Source: Octopus vulgaris
Taxonomy: Eukaryota
NCBI GenBank assembly: GCA_951406725.2
Contig: OX597814.1
Span: 4,774,001-4,838,000 of the forward strand
Direction of reading: 5' to 3'
Length of the DNA: 64,000 nucleotides
The position numbers were made by a program, and so were the translations under genes. The notes beneath the pieces are model-generated. The model was not told where the DNA came from and ran no database searches. It saw only the letters and a list, made by a program, of their open reading frames with translations. How positions within the stretch are numbered: the stretch's first letter is position 1; every line of letters begins with the position of its first letter. Positions 56,729 to 64,000 of this stretch are shown here, one piece after another.

Positions 56729-57415
56729 TTAAACTTTGCTTTTATAGTCAGAGCAGGTATTTTCCAAACCTTGTGATGAAGACTTTCAAAGGCAGAGCTG
56801 GCTTTGGCTATCCTTGCGTTCACTTCATCAGTGCGAATACTCCGTACGTTTCAAGGTAGGTGAATCTCTCCACAGTTCGACGAGGTGCATGGATGGAGAG
56901 AGGGAGGGTGGGTGGGAGGAAGAAGAGTTAGAAGGAGGGAGGGAGGAGTGGCTATACCAGATTCCTGGATGACACAGCAGCTGTATTAGATTAATTAAAA
57001 AACATTGAGAAAGTAAAAGAATACTTAGGAAATAATTCGACCAAAAGTCAACATCCTGAAAAGCAGAGGCAGGCGAGACTCCGTTTTCAGACATAAACAT
57101 ACGGACAGGGGTTTAAAAACAAACAGATACATTACTTCAGTATAAACCAAAGGGGTGGGGGAACAAATACATTTATCTAAACAGGGACAGTGAATGTCAA
57201 CTTCACTGTTTGATGTTTGTAATGAAATCACTCCTCAGAGGAGCATTTTGTGTTGTCGTTAAGAAACAAGACACCAGAGAAAGAAATACATAGAACTGAA
57301 CAATATCAAGGAATAACGAACATTCAAAGAGACTAAGGAGCCATGCTATAACAGAATACAGGTGCAAATATAGTACAACAGATACATCAGAGTACACCCA
57401 ATTAAAGTACACAAA

Positions 57416-57799
57416 TCTCTCTATATATAAACGGCAGTTTGTCTGTCCGCGTGTCTGTGTGTCTGTTAGGTTGTACCCTCACCCTGACCACGGCTTTCAA
57501 CCGATTCTGATGAAACTTGACACACACATAGCCCAATGTCATAATTCAAAACTAACACAGCGAAAATTTTGAAAAGTTCCCCCAGTTCTGAAAAAGATCG
57601 ATAAATTCGACATGGGGTCGAGAATCAGAAACACAAACCACAGACTCTCTAGGGGACGCAACTCGACCTTTTTAACTCTCAAAAAAATTTTACCATCATT
57701 TTTTTTCCATTTTTTTGCTATTTTTTGGCTATAACTCTCTAAAAATGCTTTATAGTTATTTCCCTTACAAACCCGAGCAACGCCGGGCGATACTGCTAG
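57416..57799 (+). mobile_element. Non-autonomous Helitron
   Basis: A|TCTCTCTATATATAAA start; hairpin cccg(agcaacgc)cggg; CTAG|T; 3' end shared with 12507-12809. Confidence 0.8.
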
Positions 57800-58159
57800 T
57801 CTCGCATAAATTTGATCGTATAAATCAAATGCATAACAACTCTCTAACGGACGAATACATAATCAAAAATGGAACACAAAATGCATTACAACCGGCCATA
57901 AACTTTCATAATATTCTATAGAAGCACCCAAACCCCAAATCTAGGAATCAATAACACAGCACAAGCAAGTAAAGCAGAGGACAAGCTTTTAATGATTAAT
58001 GGAATCTATAAGTTTGATTTAAACTGACTCCAGGTGTTAAATTGGCCAGACTGGTTCAACACTTTCTCATAGGCTCACAATGCATTCACAACAAATGAGC
58101 AATCGCAACACACTCTACCACATATCACAAAGCAAAGTTTGACAGAAAAATACTTGAGG

Positions 58160-58475
58160 GCGTGGCACCTTGGAAAAGTGTCACTTTCTATAGCCCCGTG
58201 CCGACCATAGCCTGTGAGTGGATTTGGTAGACAGAAACTAAAAGAAGCCCATCGTATATATGTGTGTGTTTATGTGTGTGTGTATCTGTATGTGCTTTGT
58301 GCTGGTGTGTTTACGTCCACGTAACTTAGTGATTCGGTAAAAAGAAACCGATAGAATAAGTACCAGGCTTTAAAAACATAAGTACTCGGATTGACTCATT
58401 CGAGCCATAGCTTCTTCTAAAGCGATGCCCCAGCATGACCACCGTCTAAGGAGTGAAACAAGTAAAAGATAAAAG
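58160..58475 (+). mobile_element. SINE family A, diverged
   Basis: Similarity to 7565-7900. Confidence 0.7.
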
Positions 58476-58986
58476 CCATACTCTACAACGTTGCTCACAA
58501 AAATAGATTTACCGTCGAAGCCAGAGTCACGTCGCGAAACAGTGTCACAACAAACACGCAGGCAGCAGACGTGGGGAAAATATTAATAAGTGACCTTCTG
58601 ACATAGAAACCTGACGGTTCAAATATTTAAGAAGCGGAACTTACACAAATTTGGAAACAATGAAGCAAGTTAACACGTGACTGCTGACGTGGAAGTCTAA
58701 TGGGAAAAAAAAAACCTTTGATTGTAAAGTCAACAAGAAGCCGACCATTATTATATCAGAAGCAACACAGGAGCTTCTTATTTCCTGTCCATTTCGTAGA
58801 TCAGGAGACGCTGAGTTTGGAACGAGCAATTTTATTTTTCCAAACTAGCTACAAAATGACTAATATCAAAATATTTATTAAAAAAAAAAGACCTATAAGA
58901 GATGAAACTGGAACACAGTCGTGTTTTTTTATGAAACATGTATCTATATCTATATTTATCTATCCATCCCTCTATCCCTCTCTCTC

Positions 58987-59042
<56 letters not shown>

Positions 59043-59070
59043 CTATTTATCTATCTTTCTGTCTATCTAT

Positions 59071-59148
<78 letters not shown>

Positions 59149-59345
59149 ATGTATACCTGTGTGTCTGTCTATGTGCGTAGTGTGTGTATGTGTGTCTATG
59201 TGTCTGTCTGTGTGTCCAATTTACTTTAATGTGTCATATTTCAGATAAACTGCCCATCCACAAATGACATTCTTACGGCTTCGATATTAAAAATGATTTC
59301 TTTGCATTTTCTGCCAATGATTTGCAATTGCGTTGGAGAAACGCG

Positions 59346-59429
<84 letters not shown>

Positions 59430-59783
59430 AATTGATACGTGAAAAGAGAGTTACATTCACACACATACCAACACAAACACGAACTAACACACATACTTAG
59501 GCACATGCTAGCACACACAATCACACCATACCAGGCCCCATACGCCCACATCTTCATACTCTGCTCATACATAATTAAACACAACACACTCACACAACAA
59601 ACACACACACACACACAGATTCATATACTTAAAAAATTTTCTCTCTCTATCACACACACAGTCTCATACACTTTCACATACACATATATACACACAAACC
59701 GCCCCACACTTATAAACATGCATAATATCACCCACATAAACACACAGACACATATGCGTATATAGGTGCATACACATTCACAC

Positions 59784-59859
<76 letters not shown>

Positions 59860-59983
59860 GTATATATATATATATATATACATACATATATGTAGTTGGA
59901 ATTTAGAGAAATACAAAAGATGAAGAGAGGTGTATAAACAACAGACAGGTGTATTAGTTTAACGCTAGGGAAGGTGAGAAACT

Positions 59984-60019
59984 CTTTTACGTTTCGAGCC
60001 TACGCACTTCAACAGAAAG
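59984..60019 (-). ncRNA. Ultra-minimal hammerhead-like motif (variant core)
   Basis: cttt-CTGTTGA-agtgcgtaggctc-GAAA-cg-TA-aaag; stem III reduced to the palindrome ACGT; 3' half repeated at 4326-4340. Confidence 0.5.
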
Positions 60020-60045
60020 GAAGACGAAAAAATTAACAGAGAGAG

Positions 60046-60122
<77 letters not shown>

Positions 60123-60124
<2 letters not shown>

Positions 60125-60283
60125 CGCAGGAGTGGCTGTGTGGTAAGTAGCTTGCTACCAACCACATGGTTCCGGTTTCAGTCTCACCGTGTGGCACCTT
60201 GGGCAAGTGTTTTCTACTATAGCCTCAGGCCGACCAAATCCTTGTGAGTGGATTTGGTAGACGGAAACTGAAAGAAGCCCAAC
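60123..60283 (+). mobile_element. SINE family A, 5' part
   Basis: Matches 7499-7660. Confidence 0.8.
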
Positions 60284-61197
60284 GTATACTTCATTTTATT
60301 ATACCAGATTCCTGGATGACCCAGTAGCTGTATTAGATTAATTAAAAAACATTGAGAAAGTAATAGCATACTTAGGAAGTAGCGTGTTCGATAAAGGATT
60401 TTAGAGAAATACTTTATTTATGGAACATTGAGTTCTAAGGAGACACACATCCACGTTGTGCATGTGTGTGTGTGTGGGGGGGGGGTGAATGCGACTGTAT
60501 GTACATGTTGTCTTTCATCTTTATACGCATATGTGTGTACGTGAGTATGTGTGTATGTCTGTGTGTATGGATGTGTGTATGTATGCATGTATGTCTGTAT
60601 GTATGCATGCGTGCGTGTGTGTATATATGTATGTTTGTATGTATGTATGTATGTATGTATGTATGTATGTTTGTATGTATGTATGTATGTATGCATGCGT
60701 GCGTGTGTGTATATATGTATGTATGTGTGTATGTGTGCATGTATGTATGTATGTATGTATGTATGTATGTATGTATGTATATATGTATGTATGTATGTGT
60801 GTATGCATGTATGTATGTATGTATGTATGTATGTATGTACGCTTGCATGTATGTGTGTTATTTCTGTTTTCATTTATTTAGAATCTTCCTCTCAGGAAGG
60901 AACTGGTTTCTAACCAACAATACAAAGCTCCTCTCTTCCACACCATCACTTCTTTCCCCCTTTCCTCTTCCTCTTCCCTTCTCCTCTCCATCTCTCTTCC
61001 ACTCACCCTATGCTTATTCGCTCCCTCCCCCCACCAACATGTCTGCACCATTCCTTCAGTGTTCTTCCTCATAACCAGAAATGACTCTGACCGATTTTTC
61101 TCAGGCGATCACTGGACCGACTGAGTAAATCTGTTGTTAACGAACCTGTAAAGACTACTGGAAACAGCTGTAAGTCGGAATTATTAGGATAAAGAAA

Positions 61198-61259
<62 letters not shown>

Positions 61260-61651
61260 TGTATGTATGTATGTATGTATGTATGTATGTATGTATGTGT
61301 GTGTATGTATTTATGTGTGTGTGTATGTATGTATGTATGTATGTATGTATGTATGTATGTATGTATGTATGTATGTATGTGTGTGTGTGTATGTATGTAT
61401 GTATTTATGTATGTGTGTGTGTATGTATGTATGTATGTATGTATGTATGTATGTATGTGTGTGTGTGTGTGCGTGCGTGTGTGTTTGCACATGGCCTTTT
61501 GGTTAGGGTATTGGAGTTGCGATCGCGAGATCCTAGTTTCAATTCCTAGGCCGGTTGATGCGTTGTATTCTTGAGCAAAACACTTCATCTCGCCTAACGC
61601 GTGGCACACTTGTGCACCAGTTCAGACAACTCGTCGATTTGATGGAGAGAG

Positions 61652-61718
<67 letters not shown>

Positions 61719-62919
61719 ATATATATACACACACACATATCTATATAGACTTTATTTAGACGGTCAGATTACAATTCGATTGATTAAATTTATCTTTGTA
61801 ATGAAGGCCGAGAAATATAGGCTTCGAGACAAAGGTTAACGGAGTCTCGTAAAGGCGAAGGGACGACAACTTTCTTCGGTCTTTATAGCAACGATCGTTT
61901 GGCACAGAGCTATTTTGTTGACATTCAGTCCCAGGATTTCGACCTTTTATTGAAAAATTCAAAGAAAGCATCTTGTCGACCGGTTGCTGCTGCTGCTGCT
62001 GCTGCTATTGTTGATGTTGATAATGCTGTTACATTACGAAGATTCCTCTTCGTGCGACTGGAACAGGTCAGTTTTCCATCAGAATGTTTCAAAGAACTTT
62101 TGATACAATGGTTTTTTTCTGTTCTTTTTGCGGTAGCGTTAGGAAATGGAAAACGTTGGCATTTGTGTCTTTCACAAATGTGATGACGGCGTGGAGGAAG
62201 CGAAGAAAGTGAGGCAAGTTACTATATAAAACCGAAACCTGGTCACGAATATGGTTCAATGAAAATATCTTCCTGTTTAATGAGGCTGACACTCGCTCAA
62301 TGCTATCATTATGAAACCAATTTATATTCCAAAACATTGCCAAAACGAAGATAGTTTCACAGCCTGAATATTTAAAAACTGAAATGGTGATAACAAACTG
62401 CAATTCATGGAATCGAGTGACATGCGCATTGAAAGGGAACCCATTCTGTTCTAGAAAATCTCAGAAACAGACGACATTCAAGGCTGAACTGACGTCAGGA
62501 ATACTTCGTTCTGTTGTACGAGAAATTGAAATGATTGCATCGCCGATGCATTGTTGCAGCTGTTGCAAACGATTGCACTTGATGTGTAGAACATAGGTAA
62601 ATACTTTGAATGCCTATCTCATTTCACATAGTCCGTAGGAAGGAATCGACAGCAAATTGGATACTATTATAGAGAATTTATTCCAATCCGTCTTTTCCAC
62701 CCAGCTGCCATTATATAAACGACAGCATAACGAGGAGATCGTTCATTCTTCCTTCGGCTTCCTCGTTCGCCACTTCTTCACCTACTTCCTGCTTCTTCTT
62801 TCCTTCTATTCACATTTTCTTTCTCATTTGCATGTCCATTATGATTTCTCCCTTTCTCTCTCTCTCTCTCCCTCTCTCTGTGTCTCTGTCTGTATCTCTC
62901 TCTCTCTCTCCATATATAT

Positions 62920-62968
<49 letters not shown>

Positions 62969-63014
62969 CAAATTAGAGGTATATTAAGCAGCACTGATTA
63001 AAATAAAGTATCAC

Positions 63015-63096
<82 letters not shown>

Positions 63097-63180
63097 TGTA
63101 GAAAAACATACATTCGGAGAAGCACACACTAAGATGTAGAGCAGTTAATATTATAATGTGGGAGGCTGGTCTCCACCATT

Positions 63181-63246
<66 letters not shown>

Positions 63247-63559
63247 GTAGATATATCCGATATAGATAATATCCAATGTAGATAATGTAGATAATGTAGA
63301 TATATCCAATGTAGATAATCCAAGCTGTGAGCTCTTGAATTACATCGACTTATTTCAGTAATTCGAATCTGTATGTAGATGTTATATTTGTGGAAGGCAT
63401 ACATAGGATTTCAAAATTGTAAGAAATATTTTTTGCAGAGTAACTATATATAAAAGCACAACACTAGAAAAATGTTTGTTATTTTTCATTCACCATTGCA
63501 CTTTCATTTACTAATGAAATATTTGTTCATTTTCTGAATAAAAAATTTTCGATAGGAGA

Positions 63560-63785
63560 TATCTTACACGTTTCACCTACATGTACAACTTTGTAGCTCC
63601 TATTAGCAAATGAAACGTGGGTAATGATGAATAAATAAAAAACATTTTGTCGACCACACAGTATAGTAGGATCAGTTGGGCACCGCCTGTCAGAAATACA
63701 GCACCATGACACAATTCACTCCGCCAGAAATTTGGAAACGACAAACTGTACTGATTGGTATTCGCGCCGGAACCTCCAATACACC
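63560..63785 (+). mobile_element. Possible 5' fragment of a Tc1/mariner-superfamily transposon
   Basis: MTQFTPPEIWKRQTVLIGIRAGTSN resembles a transposase HTH start (recalled similarity); the similarity then stops. Confidence 0.4.
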
Positions 63786-64000
63786 CATTATCTCACAAAT
63801 ACCCAGTGTCACTGGCGCAACCAGGGGAATGGTGCCATGGAATTCAAAGTCCCTGAACTTCCAACGCGTTGAAACTGTGCCAGACCTGGTCTCTACGGCT
63901 GATGAGAGGATTTCCCCTGTTTATTCGTCCTTTTTACGTCAATCGTTTCCATATTTCATTTTGTTTTTACTTTAGATATTTACAGATGGCACATGGAGAA

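Noticed and set aside
61793-61856. Hammerhead-like paired stems (aggcc/ggctt, cgagac/gtctcg-TA)
   Set aside because: Core is gtaatga and GAAA is absent; at best a decayed relic
61900-62800. Possible host coding exon in unique sequence
   Set aside because: Only short ORFs without recognisable motifs or clear splice boundaries

Overview
AT-rich, repeat-saturated eukaryotic DNA that looks like an octopus (cephalopod) intron or intergenic region. The organism is inferred from the SINE, LINE and microsatellite make-up. No host protein-coding gene can be supported, and most long ORFs are microsatellite read-throughs. Recognisable content: three abundant tRNA-type SINE families; four families of 5'-truncated R4/Dong-type non-LTR retrotransposons, all embedded in (TAA)n-type tracts; eight copies of a ~555-bp non-coding element that also sits in (TAA)n; Tc1/mariner relics and MITEs; three non-autonomous Helitrons; CR1, RTE and Penelope fragments; and a possible solo LTR. 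The most striking signal is a set of about twelve type-I hammerhead-ribozyme motifs, plus several decayed ones. They share the layout stem I-CUGANGA-stem II-GAAA-short (near-)palindromic stem III-NUH-stem I'. They belong to many otherwise unrelated short non-coding elements, mostly inserted in (TA)n. These include a 353-bp 1.4-mer, a circularly permuted copy and inverted duplications, which suggests a diverse retrozyme / non-autonomous Penelope-like system. All RNA structures were folded by eye and none has been tested.
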